NCBI GenBank assembly: GCA_047285805.1
Contig: JBJBCN010000002.1
Location: forward strand, 704,001-768,000
DNA length: 64,000 nucleotides
Reading direction: 5' to 3'
Origin: Synechococcus sp.
GTDB taxonomy: Bacteria > Cyanobacteriota > Cyanobacteriia > PCC-6307 > Cyanobiaceae
Positions 1 through 9,812 of the stretch are shown here, one piece after another; within the stretch, counting starts at the first letter, position 1, and each line of letters begins with the position of its first letter. The notes below the pieces were generated by a model, which did not search any database, had not been told where the DNA came from, and saw only the letters and a program-made list of their open reading frames with translations. A program made the translations under genes and the position numbers.

Positions 1-2
1 AG

Positions 3-1181
3 TCGATCTGGCCGATTCTTCACAGCTTCCCGAGTTTTTTCGAGGTCAACAACGCCGACTGGCAGACCTTTAAAGACGTCAATCAACGCTTTGCCGAAGC
101 GGCCTGCAATGAAGCCGCCCCCGGAGCCTCAATTTGGATTCACGACTACAACCTTTGGTTGGCGCCCGGGTTCATTCGAGCCATTCGGCCCGATGTCAAA
201 ATCAGCTTCTTTCACCACACGCCCTTCCCTAGCAGTGATGTGTTCAGCATCCTGCCGTGGCGGGAAGAGATCATCGAAAGCCTGCTCAGCTGCGATGCCG
301 TCGGCTTTCACATTCCGCGTTATGCGGAGAACTTTGCCAGGGCCGCATCCAGCTTGCTCCCCGTCAAAAAGGGACCCAAAGCCGAGACTGCCAATCACTT
401 CCTCCCCTGCGGCAGTGCGCTCGCCCAACCTGATGCCACCCCATGGCTGGAGCAAAACGGGCATCGCGTCAAGTTGGTGGCGACACCAGTTGGCACCAGT
501 CCGGATTTGATTCGAGGTCTCAGGGATACCCCATCGGTTCAGGAGCTCATCCAGGAAATCGAAACCAACACGAAGCGTGGCCGCACCTTAATCCTCTCGG
601 CAAGCCGTGTGGATTACACCAAGGGCAACGAAGAACTGCTGCGCACCTTTGAGCGTCTGCTCGAGCGGAATGAAGCCATCCACGGCCAGGTGGTCTTGGT
701 CTTGGCCTGTGTCGCCGCCAACACCGGCATGAAGGTCTACGAGGACACTCAGCGGGGGATCGAGGAAACCGTGGGCCGCATCAATGGTCGCTTTAGCAAA
801 ATTGACTGGGTCCCCATTCGCCTGACCACCCAGCGCATTCCCTACGAGGAAATGGTTGCCTGGTTTGCCGCCTCTGACATCTGTTGGATCACCCCCCTTC
901 GGGATGGTTTGAACCTCGTTGCCAAGGAATATGCGGCGGCCCGGAAGGGGCGCGGCGGGACCCTAGTGCTCTCCGAATTCACCGGCGCGTCGGTCGTGAT
1001 GAAAGGAGCCGTCCTTACCAACCCCTACTCCCACAGGCGTATGGACGAGGCCATTGACCAGGCCCTGAGCCTCTCGCAACAAGAACAGGAGCAGCGGATG
1101 ACCTCCATGGCGGCCTCGGTGGATCAACTCAGCGTGGACAACTGGGCGCAGGAACAACTCGGGGCGATTGAGGCGCCGTGA
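3..1181 (+). CDS. ggpS: Glucosylglycerol-phosphate synthase (GT20 family), 5'-truncated by the window edge
   Basis: OtsA/GT20 motifs WIHDYNL, FFHHTPFP, RVDYTKG, PLRDGLNLVAKEY, LSEFTGA; adjacent to GG transport and ggpP genes. Confidence 0.9.
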   Translation, partial: SIWPILHSFPSFFEVNNADWQTFKDVNQRFAEAACNEAAPGASIWIHDYNLWLAPGFIRAIRPDVKISFFHHTPFPSSDVFSILPWREEIIESLLSCDAVGFHIPRYAENFARAASSLLPVKKGPKAETANHFLPCGSALAQPDATPWLEQNGHRVKLVATPVGTSPDLIRGLRDTPSVQELIQEIETNTKRGRTLILSASRVDYTKGNEELLRTFERLLERNEAIHGQVVLVLACVAANTGMKVYEDTQRGIEETVGRINGRFSKIDWVPIRLTTQRIPYEEMVAWFAASDICWITPLRDGLNLVAKEYAAARKGRGGTLVLSEFTGASVVMKGAVLTNPYSHRRMDEAIDQALSLSQQEQEQRMTSMAASVDQLSVDNWAQEQLGAIEAP

Positions 1182-2437
1182 TGAGCCGCAGCGCTGGGCT
1201 CATGACGCTGGCCTGCCTTCTAGGCAGCCTGCTGTTGAGCGTGGCGCTCTGGGCCAAGCCCGCGCCAGAGCCGGTATCCATTTTGATGCCCGCTCCCTTT
1301 GCCGATTCCACGGCTGAGCTGGTAGAGACTTTCAACCGTGAGCACCCCGGCATTGCCATCAGGGTGACCCGAGGCCCCCTGGAAACGGAGGCGGTGTCGG
1401 ACTTGGCGATCAGCAGCCTCTTGCTTGGCAACAGTCCCTACGACGTTCTCTTGATGGACGTCACCTGGACGCCGAAATACGCCAAGGCTGGCTGGCTGGA
1501 GCCGCTCGAAGCCTGGCTCGGAGCCGATGCCCTGAATGACCTCGCCCCGGGAGCGGAGCTCGGCAATGCCTTTGATGGCCACCTCTGGCGCTTCCCCCTT
1601 GTGGCCGACATGGGCCTGCTGTTCTGGCGGACGGACCTCATGGAGGCGCCCCCGAGAACACCCGCTGAGCTGGAAGCCATCAGCCAGTCCCTACAGCAAC
1701 AGGGGCGAGTCCGCTGGGGTTACGTGTGGCAAGGCCGTCAATACGAGGGGCTCAGCTGCACCTATCTCGAGGTCCTGCGAGGCTTCGGGGGACGTTGGCT
1801 TCGGGATGGTTCGCCGGAACTCAACAGCAAAGCAGCGATCGCGGCCAGCCAATGGCTCCGTCATCTCGTCGAGGTGGGCATCACGCCTCCGGCGGTGGCC
1901 AACATGGCCGAACCGGAAGCCCTGCAAACCTTCGAGACGGGTGATGCCGCGTTTATGCGCAACTGGCCCTATGCCTGGGCCGAACTGAACAAGGACGGCT
2001 CCCTCTTGGCCGGGAAAGTCGGAATTACCACCATGGTAAGTGAACACCATGAACCGCATGTGGCCACCCAGGGCAGTTGGGGGCTTGCCGTGCTCTCCAG
2101 TTCCAAACACAAGCAAGCCGCCGTTGAGGCTCTGCAGTACCTGACCAGTACTGACGCACAAAAGCAACTGAACCTGCACTGGGGCTACACACCGACCCGC
2201 CTCAGCGTCTTCGAGGACCCGAACCTGATCCGCACCAATCCGATCCTTCCGGAATTGCAAGCCGCACTGGCGGCTGCTGTGCTCAGGCCATTGACACCGA
2301 TCTATGCCCAGCTCAGTGACCTGTTGTACCGGGAGGTGAACACGGTTATTACCGGTGAGGTCGCAGCCGCTCCAGCCATGGAGATATTGCAGCGCAACAG
2401 CATCCAACTAGAGCGCTCCACGAGAGGGATCTCCTAA
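1178..2437 (+). CDS. Sugar/glucosylglycerol ABC transporter substrate-binding protein (GgtB-like)
   Basis: Signal peptide; DVTW and FMRNWPYAW motifs of trehalose/maltose-type binding proteins. Confidence 0.85.
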   Translation: MMSRSAGLMTLACLLGSLLLSVALWAKPAPEPVSILMPAPFADSTAELVETFNREHPGIAIRVTRGPLETEAVSDLAISSLLLGNSPYDVLLMDVTWTPKYAKAGWLEPLEAWLGADALNDLAPGAELGNAFDGHLWRFPLVADMGLLFWRTDLMEAPPRTPAELEAISQSLQQQGRVRWGYVWQGRQYEGLSCTYLEVLRGFGGRWLRDGSPELNSKAAIAASQWLRHLVEVGITPPAVANMAEPEALQTFETGDAAFMRNWPYAWAELNKDGSLLAGKVGITTMVSEHHEPHVATQGSWGLAVLSSSKHKQAAVEALQYLTSTDAQKQLNLHWGYTPTRLSVFEDPNLIRTNPILPELQAALAAAVLRPLTPIYAQLSDLLYREVNTVITGEVAAAPAMEILQRNSIQLERSTRGIS

Positions 2438-3328
2438 ATGCTCCGCTGGCGCCAACAGCTTTGGCTACTGCTCCCGGCCATGGGATTGCTCACCCTGGTC
2501 TTCCTGGTGCCCATCGGGCATTACGTCTGGTTGAGCACCCAAACCCAGACCGTCCTGACGGAACTGCGGCCTATCCCGGCCGGTGCTGCCCAATGGATTC
2601 GTCTCTGGAACGACAGCCGCTTCTGGCGGGACGCCTGGCAAACCCTTCGATTTGCTGGCCTTTCAGTGACCACAGAAATGGTCCTGGGTCTGGCGATCGC
2701 TCTGTTGTTAAACGAGCCCCTGCGCGGAAGAAGCAGTTTGCGCACGATCAGCCTGCTGCCCTGGGCCCTGCCGACGACGGTCATGGCCTTGGGCTGGCGC
2801 TGGATTTTTAACGATCCCTATGGCCCGATCAACCAAGCGCTTAGCTGGATTGGAGTGACGCCGATTCCCTTTCTGGCAAACCCTGCGATCACCTGGATCG
2901 CCATGGTTTGGGCCGACACCTGGAAGACGACCCCGTTTGTCGCTCTGCTGTTGTTGGCGGGTTTGCAGAACATCCCCCGTGACCTGTACGAGGCCGCGCA
3001 GTTGGAGGGTGCCTCTGCGTGGCAGTCCCTGGGGCGAATCACTATTCCCCTCCTCACACCTTATCTCTTAATCGCCCTGGTCTTTCGCCTGGCCCAAGCG
3101 CTCGGGGTCTTCGACCTTGTCCAGGTGCTCACGGGCGGTGGGCCAGCGGGCAGCACGGAAAGCTTGGCCTTCTACGCGTACCTCAACGCCATGCGCTTCC
3201 TGGACTTTGGCTACAGCGCCACCGTCATGCTCGGTGCCTTTGCGGGATTACTGGTGTTGTGTAGCGGACTAGCGGTCGTCTGGTGGTTGAGCGGCGGCCG
3301 TCAAGAACTAGCCCAAGGTGAGCGGTAA
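2438..3328 (+). CDS. Carbohydrate ABC transporter permease (GgtC-like)
   Basis: TM helices; EAA loop (LYEAAQLEGAS). Confidence 0.9.
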   Translation: MLRWRQQLWLLLPAMGLLTLVFLVPIGHYVWLSTQTQTVLTELRPIPAGAAQWIRLWNDSRFWRDAWQTLRFAGLSVTTEMVLGLAIALLLNEPLRGRSSLRTISLLPWALPTTVMALGWRWIFNDPYGPINQALSWIGVTPIPFLANPAITWIAMVWADTWKTTPFVALLLLAGLQNIPRDLYEAAQLEGASAWQSLGRITIPLLTPYLLIALVFRLAQALGVFDLVQVLTGGGPAGSTESLAFYAYLNAMRFLDFGYSATVMLGAFAGLLVLCSGLAVVWWLSGGRQELAQGER

Positions 3329-4119
3329 TGGCTCGCCTTCTCGTCTTGATCTGGAGCCTCGGACCGATGCTCTGGCAGCTCTACACCTCCTTTCGACCCA
3401 GTGCCGTGCTCACCGAAGGAGCACGCGGCGGCTGGACCCTGGAGCACTACCAGCAACTCCTCAACGGTGAACCCCCGTTTCTGACCTACCTCCTCAACAG
3501 CGGGATCGTCGGTTTAAGCAGCACGGTCTTAACCCTGCTGCTTGCGATTCCCTGTGCCTATGCCCTGAGCCGGATGCAGGCCCATCGAGCCCGCAACATC
3601 AGCGTGGTGGTGGCAGCAGCAGCAGCCTTCCCGGCCGTCCTGCTCTTCCTGGCGCTTCTCGAGGTTGCCCGCGACTTACATCTTGCCAACAACCTATTCG
3701 CCCTCAGCCTTCCGTACGCCGGCCTTTGCCTACCCCTGGCCATCCTCTTGCTGCAGGCCGCCTTCCGAGACATCCCCGTGGAATTGGAGGAAGCCGCCCT
3801 AATGGAGGGCATGTCCCTCTGGCAACGCCTCCGCTGGGTGTTGCTTCCCTTGATGGCCCCAGCCATTTCCAGCGCGGCCCTGCTGATCTTCATCTTCTGC
3901 TGGAACGAATATCCGATTGCCCTCACCTGGTTGAGCCAGGCCGACCTGCTCACCCTGGCTCCCGCCATCGCGCGCATTGCAGGCTCCTCAATCTTCACTG
4001 TTCCCTACGGGGCCTTTGCCGCCGCCACCGTCCTGGGCAGCGCGCCCCTGCTGCTGATCATGTTGCTCTTCCAAAGACAGATCATTAGTGGCCTCACCCA
4101 AGGGGCCATTAAGGGCTAA
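3328..4119 (+). CDS. Carbohydrate ABC transporter permease (GgtD-like)
   Basis: LEEAALMEG, WNEY and C-terminal GLTQGAIKG. Confidence 0.9.
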   Translation: MARLLVLIWSLGPMLWQLYTSFRPSAVLTEGARGGWTLEHYQQLLNGEPPFLTYLLNSGIVGLSSTVLTLLLAIPCAYALSRMQAHRARNISVVVAAAAAFPAVLLFLALLEVARDLHLANNLFALSLPYAGLCLPLAILLLQAAFRDIPVELEEAALMEGMSLWQRLRWVLLPLMAPAISSAALLIFIFCWNEYPIALTWLSQADLLTLAPAIARIAGSSIFTVPYGAFAAATVLGSAPLLLIMLLFQRQIISGLTQGAIKG

Positions 4120-4157
4120 CCCCAAACACCACTCCACCCGATTCGCTTCTCCGCCTG

Positions 4158-5201
4158 ATGACCACCTCCAGTCCTGCTCGCACCGGTCTGGTTCTGAGCC
4201 AGCTCTGCCGCAGGGTTGGGCAGCAAATATTGCTGGACAACCTCAGCATGGAGGTTGCCCCTGGAGAAATCCTGGCGCTGCTGGGCCCGAGTGGCTGCGG
4301 GAAAAGCACCACCCTTCGCTGTGTCGCCGGTCTCGACCGCGCCAGCAGTGGCTCCATCGAACTGGCCGGCGAGGAGATCACTACGCGGCCGCCGGCCGAA
4401 CGCAACGTGGCCATGGTCTTCCAGAGCTACGCCCTCTATCCGCACCTGAGCGTCCGCAAGAACCTCAGCCTCGGCCTGGAACTGAGGCGCGTGCCCCCCG
4501 CCGATATTGAGAACGACGTCGAGCGCGTCCTTTCCCTGCTTCAACTGGAGGATTGCCGCGAACGCAAACCCGCAGAACTTTCGGGGGGACAGCGCCAGCG
4601 GGTAGCCCTAGCCCGAGCGCTGCTGCGGAAGCCCGCCCTGTTTTTGCTGGATGAGCCGATGAGCAACCTGGATGCCCAGCTCAGGGAGGACCTTCGCGGG
4701 GAGTTGCGGGGAATCCTGCGAAGCACCGGAGCACCTGTGGTCTACGTGACCCATGACCAACATGAAGCCATGGGCCTCGCGGATCGCATTGCCGTACTGA
4801 AGGGCGGAGAACTCCAACAACTGGACTCGGCCGCTGAGCTCTACCAAAATCCGCAGAATCAGTTCGTTGCCAGTTTCCTAGGGAGTCCTTCGATCAACCT
4901 GCTCCCCCTTCACCCCGGCGAATTGGTGGGTTTGCGGCCAGAACATCTGGAAGTGATGGAGGCCAACAGCCCATTGGCGCCCGAGTTAGCAGCCGTGGAT
5001 GCACAACGAGAGCACCTTGAATGGCTCGGGGACCGCGTCATCAGCCACTGGCGGGTTCGTGGCAGCACCGTAAAGGTGCTCTCCGATGCTCAAAGCAAGA
5101 GCGCTGCACGCGCGCAAGCCCATTACGGCCCGCTGCAGTTGCGCTGGAAGCGTGAGCATGAGCTGCACTTCGAGCAGGCCAGCGGTCGGCGGATTCGCTG
5201 A
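4158..5201 (+). CDS. ABC transporter ATP-binding protein (MalK/GgtA-like)
   Basis: GPSGCGKST, VFQSYALYPH, LSGGQRQR, DEPMSNLD. Confidence 0.92.
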   Translation: MTTSSPARTGLVLSQLCRRVGQQILLDNLSMEVAPGEILALLGPSGCGKSTTLRCVAGLDRASSGSIELAGEEITTRPPAERNVAMVFQSYALYPHLSVRKNLSLGLELRRVPPADIENDVERVLSLLQLEDCRERKPAELSGGQRQRVALARALLRKPALFLLDEPMSNLDAQLREDLRGELRGILRSTGAPVVYVTHDQHEAMGLADRIAVLKGGELQQLDSAAELYQNPQNQFVASFLGSPSINLLPLHPGELVGLRPEHLEVMEANSPLAPELAAVDAQREHLEWLGDRVISHWRVRGSTVKVLSDAQSKSAARAQAHYGPLQLRWKREHELHFEQASGRRIR

Positions 5202-5208
5202 TGTGGGT

Positions 5209-6732
5209 TTAGTCCCAGACCGTTTCGATGACGTTCATCGCTTGCAAATAAGCCGGAACGTCCTCGCTCGTCACCGACTCGTCGTCAACAAAACTGTCAC
5301 CGCTACCGGACCGGCGCGCCAAGTCCGCCACAACGGCACTCACCACGAGATCAACCGCGGCAGGATTATCGAGGTTCTGCAGGGCCTCGGCGTAGCGGCG
5401 GCTATGGGTCGGCCTGACGGACTCCTGGCAGTAGTTGCTTAACTCGCGACTCTCAGTCATCACCGAGAAGGCGGATTGCTTGGAGTTCTGACGACCAAAG
5501 ATGGCCATGTAGAGCAAATTGATCAAGGAGGCGTCGTGGAGAGGGATGCCGTACTGACGCACGATCTGGGGCCAATAACGCAAGGAGCGCAGTCCCTCTA
5601 GACCACCCTTTGATAGGCCTGCTTCATCACACCAGGCCTCAAATTCCTCGACGTTGGCTGGACAGCGGCCGGACTCGCGCATCCGTTTCGCCAGCACCGC
5701 TCCGGCCTGGAAATTGCGGGTTGGACTGCCAGAGGTGGGAAGCATCATGCTGCCGCGCACATCGGCGACCATCGCCGTCAGTTGCGAGAAGGTGTGGTCA
5801 CGAACCTTCTCCATGTCGCCATCGCGCACCAGAGCGGCCTCAATGCGCTGGACCCCGTAACCCAATTCGGTCAGAGCAATGGGCTGTCGGTGATAGAGGC
5901 GTTGGCGATCCGTTCGAGCAATCGACACGGTGGCCGCCTGGTCCAAACACTGCTCCAGCAGCAGCGTCAACAGCGTTGGCAGAACACCAGGGTTTTCCCG
6001 GTGGAAGGTGTAGCCAAAACCAGCAAAGATCGAGGCCATGTTTTTGGCGGCCTTGATGTATTGGCCTTCGATGTTGTGAACTCCGGCTGAAACCTGGAGG
6101 TTGGGGGAGAGACGATCCAGCAGCCGTGCCCCCAATAAGGCCGTCAGGGCATTGGGATGGCAGAAATTGGCTGTGAAACTGTCGAGGGGGTTGCGAAGGG
6201 CGCCATGGCGGTGAAAGCCCGTAAAAAAGCCCAAATTAGGTGCCTTTTGGCAAAGGACATAGGCCTCATTGGAGATCGGATCGTGGGTGAAGGACCCAGC
6301 CAAACAAGCCAGAACAACGTGCTCGCGGCCGAGCTCCTCACGTAGCCGAAAGGCCTCCTGCAGGTCCTCCTCAATGTGGTTGCTGTTCGCACTCAGCACC
6401 ACCAGCTCACAGTGCTGAATCAGATACCCCAGGTCATTGAGCACCGGCTTGCCCGCCTCGGTATGGGCACCCATACGCTCGATCGTGGAGCGGTGCTCAG
6501 GGTCCATCCCCGAGAGCTCCTCGCTTTTGAACGCCCCCAGAATTTTTCGACCGGGGCGTGCCGCCAACAGCAACCGAGAGCCGTCGGTTTGCATCGCGCA
6601 GTTGTAGGCCAGCGAAGCGGGATAGAGGCCGACGCTGTAGAAGCCCACCTTGCCCTCTTCCAGCGCGATCAGACGCCTTCGGATCCGTTCAGGATCAAGG
6701 TTGGATTCGAAAAAACCGTTCTGCAAGATCAC
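5209..6732 (-). CDS. Conserved protein, divergent NAD(P)H-dependent glycerol-3-phosphate dehydrogenase (GpsA)-like
   Basis: 507-aa ORF with colinear GpsA-like motifs (AAKNMASIFAG, TRNFQAG, LEGLRSL). Confidence 0.6.
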   Translation of the reverse strand: MILQNGFFESNLDPERIRRRLIALEEGKVGFYSVGLYPASLAYNCAMQTDGSRLLLAARPGRKILGAFKSEELSGMDPEHRSTIERMGAHTEAGKPVLNDLGYLIQHCELVVLSANSNHIEEDLQEAFRLREELGREHVVLACLAGSFTHDPISNEAYVLCQKAPNLGFFTGFHRHGALRNPLDSFTANFCHPNALTALLGARLLDRLSPNLQVSAGVHNIEGQYIKAAKNMASIFAGFGYTFHRENPGVLPTLLTLLLEQCLDQAATVSIARTDRQRLYHRQPIALTELGYGVQRIEAALVRDGDMEKVRDHTFSQLTAMVADVRGSMMLPTSGSPTRNFQAGAVLAKRMRESGRCPANVEEFEAWCDEAGLSKGGLEGLRSLRYWPQIVRQYGIPLHDASLINLLYMAIFGRQNSKQSAFSVMTESRELSNYCQESVRPTHSRRYAEALQNLDNPAAVDLVVSAVVADLARRSGSGDSFVDDESVTSEDVPAYLQAMNVIETVWD

Positions 6733-6796
6733 AACTGGGCCTCACACCATCCTTACGGACCATGGGAGGGTGTACGGCAGATCAGCGGCGAACTCC

Positions 6797-8002
6797 ATGG
6801 CGCGTCTCTCACTCGAGAAGCTGCAGGAAGAGATCAGCGCCAGCAACAACATCCTCTTGATCCAGGACCTTGATGGGGTCTGCATGCCCCTTGTACGCGA
6901 CCCCCTGACGCGGGTGCTGCCGCTGGAATACATCGAAGCGGTCAGCCGGCTCGGCCACAGCTTCCGCGTCCTCACCAACGGAGAACACAGCGGCAGCCGC
7001 GGGGTGAACCGGCTGGTGGAAAGGGCCCTCGGTGCGGAGCGTAATCCCGTCGAGGAAGGGCTCTACCTACCGGGACTCGCGGCGGGCGGCGTTCAATTCC
7101 AAAGCCAGCAAGGCGCCATCAGCCATCCCGGGGTCAGTGGAGCGGAGTTGGAGTTTCTCTCAGCCGTCCCAGCCCAACTCAGGGCAGGGGTGAAGGGCCT
7201 AGTGAAACGCCACCGTCCAGGCTGCACAGCCAATGTCCTCGAGCCGCTCAGTCAGGCGGCTGTGTTGGATAACCAACTCTCACCAACCCTGAATCTGAAC
7301 GTGCTCTTCGCCGGCCTCCAGCTGGAGCCAGCCGAACAACGTCAACTGCAGAAGGCCAGTCAAGAGCTGCTCGAAGACCTGGAGGAACAAGCCAAGCAAC
7401 AGGGTCTCGGGGATTCCTTTTTCCTGCACTTGGCCCCCAACCTCGGCACCCAGGACGGCAAAGAACAGCTCAAGTGGGCCAGCCCCGAGCACTGCGGCAC
7501 CAGCGACTTTCAGTTCATGCTCCGCGGCGCCGTCAAAGAGGCCGGGCTGTTGGTGCTGATCAACCAGCACATCGCCAGACAAACAGGCCATGCCCCCCTT
7601 GGGGATGACTTCAATGTGCGTACAGCTCCTCGCTCCGCAGAGGAGCTGTTGGCTCTGGCCCAGCAAGCGATTGCGCCCGATCAGATGCCCACCCTGATCG
7701 GAATTGCAGACACCATTACCTCCGAGTCTCGCGCGGAGGGCGCGCAGGTGCGTTGGAGACGTGGAGGCAGTGACCGAGGTTTTTTGACCCTGCTCCAGGA
7801 GGTCGGCCGCTCTTTTGGGTGTCCGAATAGAGTGGTTTTAGTGGACAGTAGTGGCGGCGAATTGGATCGGCCGAGCCTCCTGGACCCCAAGCTAAACGGC
7901 CTTAGCGATCCGGAGGATCCCCTACAGCTCGATGTCCTAGTCCCCGGGGGGCCAGCAGCCTACGTCGAGTGGTTCAACGGCATGGCACGCAACGTCTTTT
8001 AA
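6797..8002 (+). CDS. stpA: Glucosylglycerol-phosphate phosphatase
   Basis: HAD-like IQDLDGVCM, LTNGEH and RGGSDRGFL; start placed at ATG 6797. Confidence 0.9.
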   Translation: MARLSLEKLQEEISASNNILLIQDLDGVCMPLVRDPLTRVLPLEYIEAVSRLGHSFRVLTNGEHSGSRGVNRLVERALGAERNPVEEGLYLPGLAAGGVQFQSQQGAISHPGVSGAELEFLSAVPAQLRAGVKGLVKRHRPGCTANVLEPLSQAAVLDNQLSPTLNLNVLFAGLQLEPAEQRQLQKASQELLEDLEEQAKQQGLGDSFFLHLAPNLGTQDGKEQLKWASPEHCGTSDFQFMLRGAVKEAGLLVLINQHIARQTGHAPLGDDFNVRTAPRSAEELLALAQQAIAPDQMPTLIGIADTITSESRAEGAQVRWRRGGSDRGFLTLLQEVGRSFGCPNRVVLVDSSGGELDRPSLLDPKLNGLSDPEDPLQLDVLVPGGPAAYVEWFNGMARNVF

Positions 8003-8063
8003 AAACTTGGGCTGACAGTCGCCGCAGAACGGCCTATCCCAGGGGTAGTCACCGTTCATTCTG

Positions 8064-9812
8064 ATGCCAGAGGGGGCCAGCAGGACTCAACCCTGGCCCC
8101 CAGCACCGGGACACCATCCCTGGTGGGATGGGGCTGTCATCTATGAACTCATCCCCCGCTGCTACAGCGATTCCGATGGTGATGGAATCGGTGATTTCGG
8201 TGGTCTCACCAAACGGCTGGGCTACCTGCGTTGGCTAGGGGTCGATGCCATCTGGATGACCCCGATCTATCCGTCTCCACTACGGGATGGCGGGTACGAC
8301 ATCACGGACTTCACCGACATCCATCCTGAACTCGGGGACCTCGACGCCTTCCATCGGTTCGTCGAAGCGGCCCATGCCCACGGCATCCGGGTCGTGATCG
8401 ACCTGGTGTTGAACCACACCAGTCAGCTTCATCCTTGGTTTCAACGGGCTCGCTTTGCCGAGCGGGGGAGCCCGGAGCGGGACTGCTACGTCTGGAAAGA
8501 CGACCCCGACGGTTACAGCGAGGCTCCCGTCCTCTTCCGTCACTTTGAGGATTCCAATTGGTCCTGGGATCCGATTGCACAGCAGTACTACCTGCATCGC
8601 TTCCTGCATCACCAACCAGACCTCAACTACGACAATCCAGCTGTCCAAGAGGCGGTACTCCAAGTCGTCGACTTCTGGTTGGCCCGAGGCATTGACGGCT
8701 TTCGCCTCGATGCAATTCCGTTTCTGTTCGAACGGGAGGGCACCCGCTGTGAAGGTCTGCCGGAAACCCACGCCTTCCTAAAAACCCTGCGGCAACGGGT
8801 TGACGCGTTCAGCGCGGAGCATCCTGGCCGCGACATTCTTCTGTTGGCGGAAGCGATTCAGCCGGTGGAGGAAGCCATGCCCTACCTCGAAGACGGGGAG
8901 CTGCATGCTGCCTTTAATTTCGCCCTCACGGCTCATCTCTTCGCATCCGTCGCCCACGGGGAGACCAAAAGCCTCAATCGCTTCCTCAAGGAGATCAGCA
9001 ATCTGGACTGCGGCCGCGGTTGGGCGCTGCCGCTGCGGAACCACGACGAACTGTGGTTAGGCGATGGCCATCTCGTACCCGATGAGGTCATTCATTGGGT
9101 GCGCCATGGCCTACCGGCTGCCCATGGCCATTGGCTCAATTGGGGCATCAATCGACGCCTGGCACCTCTGCTGAACGGTGACCCGCGGCCAAACATGGCC
9201 CTCCATGCGCTGCTTTACAGCTTGCCGGGCATGCCATGCCTCTATTACGGAGATGAGCTGGGCATGGGGGACTGGCCTGGACTGCGGGACCGTGACCCCA
9301 ATCGCACACCGATGGCCTGGAGTCCGGACCGCAACGGCGGCTTCTCAGCGGCCCCCGATCCGCTGCTGGTGCTCCCCCCGATCACGGCACCGGGATACGA
9401 CTACCGGGTGATCAACGTTGAGGTTCAGAAATCTCTGAAGGGCTCGCTGTTGAATTGGCATCGCCACATGTTGGTGAGCCGCAAGCTGCTGCCAGCCCTC
9501 AGGCACGGGGACTTTGAACTGCTGCCGAGCCATCACCCGAGCGTGGTCAGCTTCATTCGGCGCTGCGAGGCCATGACAGTCCTGGTGGCGGTCAACCTCA
9601 GCGGGACCGGCGCCTCAACCGAAATCGACCTCAGCCGTTGGGAAGGTGAACGCATACGCGAGTTGCTTTGGGGTTGTGAATTCCCCGAAGCGACGCGCGA
9701 GTGGTTCGTCTACCTGCAGGCTTATGGCTTTGGATGGTGGTTAATCGGCGATATGGAACTTGCCAGCAACAGCGATTCCGCCGCGGGCGTGAGCCGATCG
9801 GCCTCAGCCTGA
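8064..9812 (+). CDS. treS: Trehalose synthase-like GH13 alpha-glucosyltransferase/hydrolase
   Basis: GH13 motifs DLVLNHTS, QPDLN, GFRLDA, LAEA, LRNHDEL. Confidence 0.8.
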   Translation: MPEGASRTQPWPPAPGHHPWWDGAVIYELIPRCYSDSDGDGIGDFGGLTKRLGYLRWLGVDAIWMTPIYPSPLRDGGYDITDFTDIHPELGDLDAFHRFVEAAHAHGIRVVIDLVLNHTSQLHPWFQRARFAERGSPERDCYVWKDDPDGYSEAPVLFRHFEDSNWSWDPIAQQYYLHRFLHHQPDLNYDNPAVQEAVLQVVDFWLARGIDGFRLDAIPFLFEREGTRCEGLPETHAFLKTLRQRVDAFSAEHPGRDILLLAEAIQPVEEAMPYLEDGELHAAFNFALTAHLFASVAHGETKSLNRFLKEISNLDCGRGWALPLRNHDELWLGDGHLVPDEVIHWVRHGLPAAHGHWLNWGINRRLAPLLNGDPRPNMALHALLYSLPGMPCLYYGDELGMGDWPGLRDRDPNRTPMAWSPDRNGGFSAAPDPLLVLPPITAPGYDYRVINVEVQKSLKGSLLNWHRHMLVSRKLLPALRHGDFELLPSHHPSVVSFIRRCEAMTVLVAVNLSGTGASTEIDLSRWEGERIRELLWGCEFPEATREWFVYLQAYGFGWWLIGDMELASNSDSAAGVSRSASA

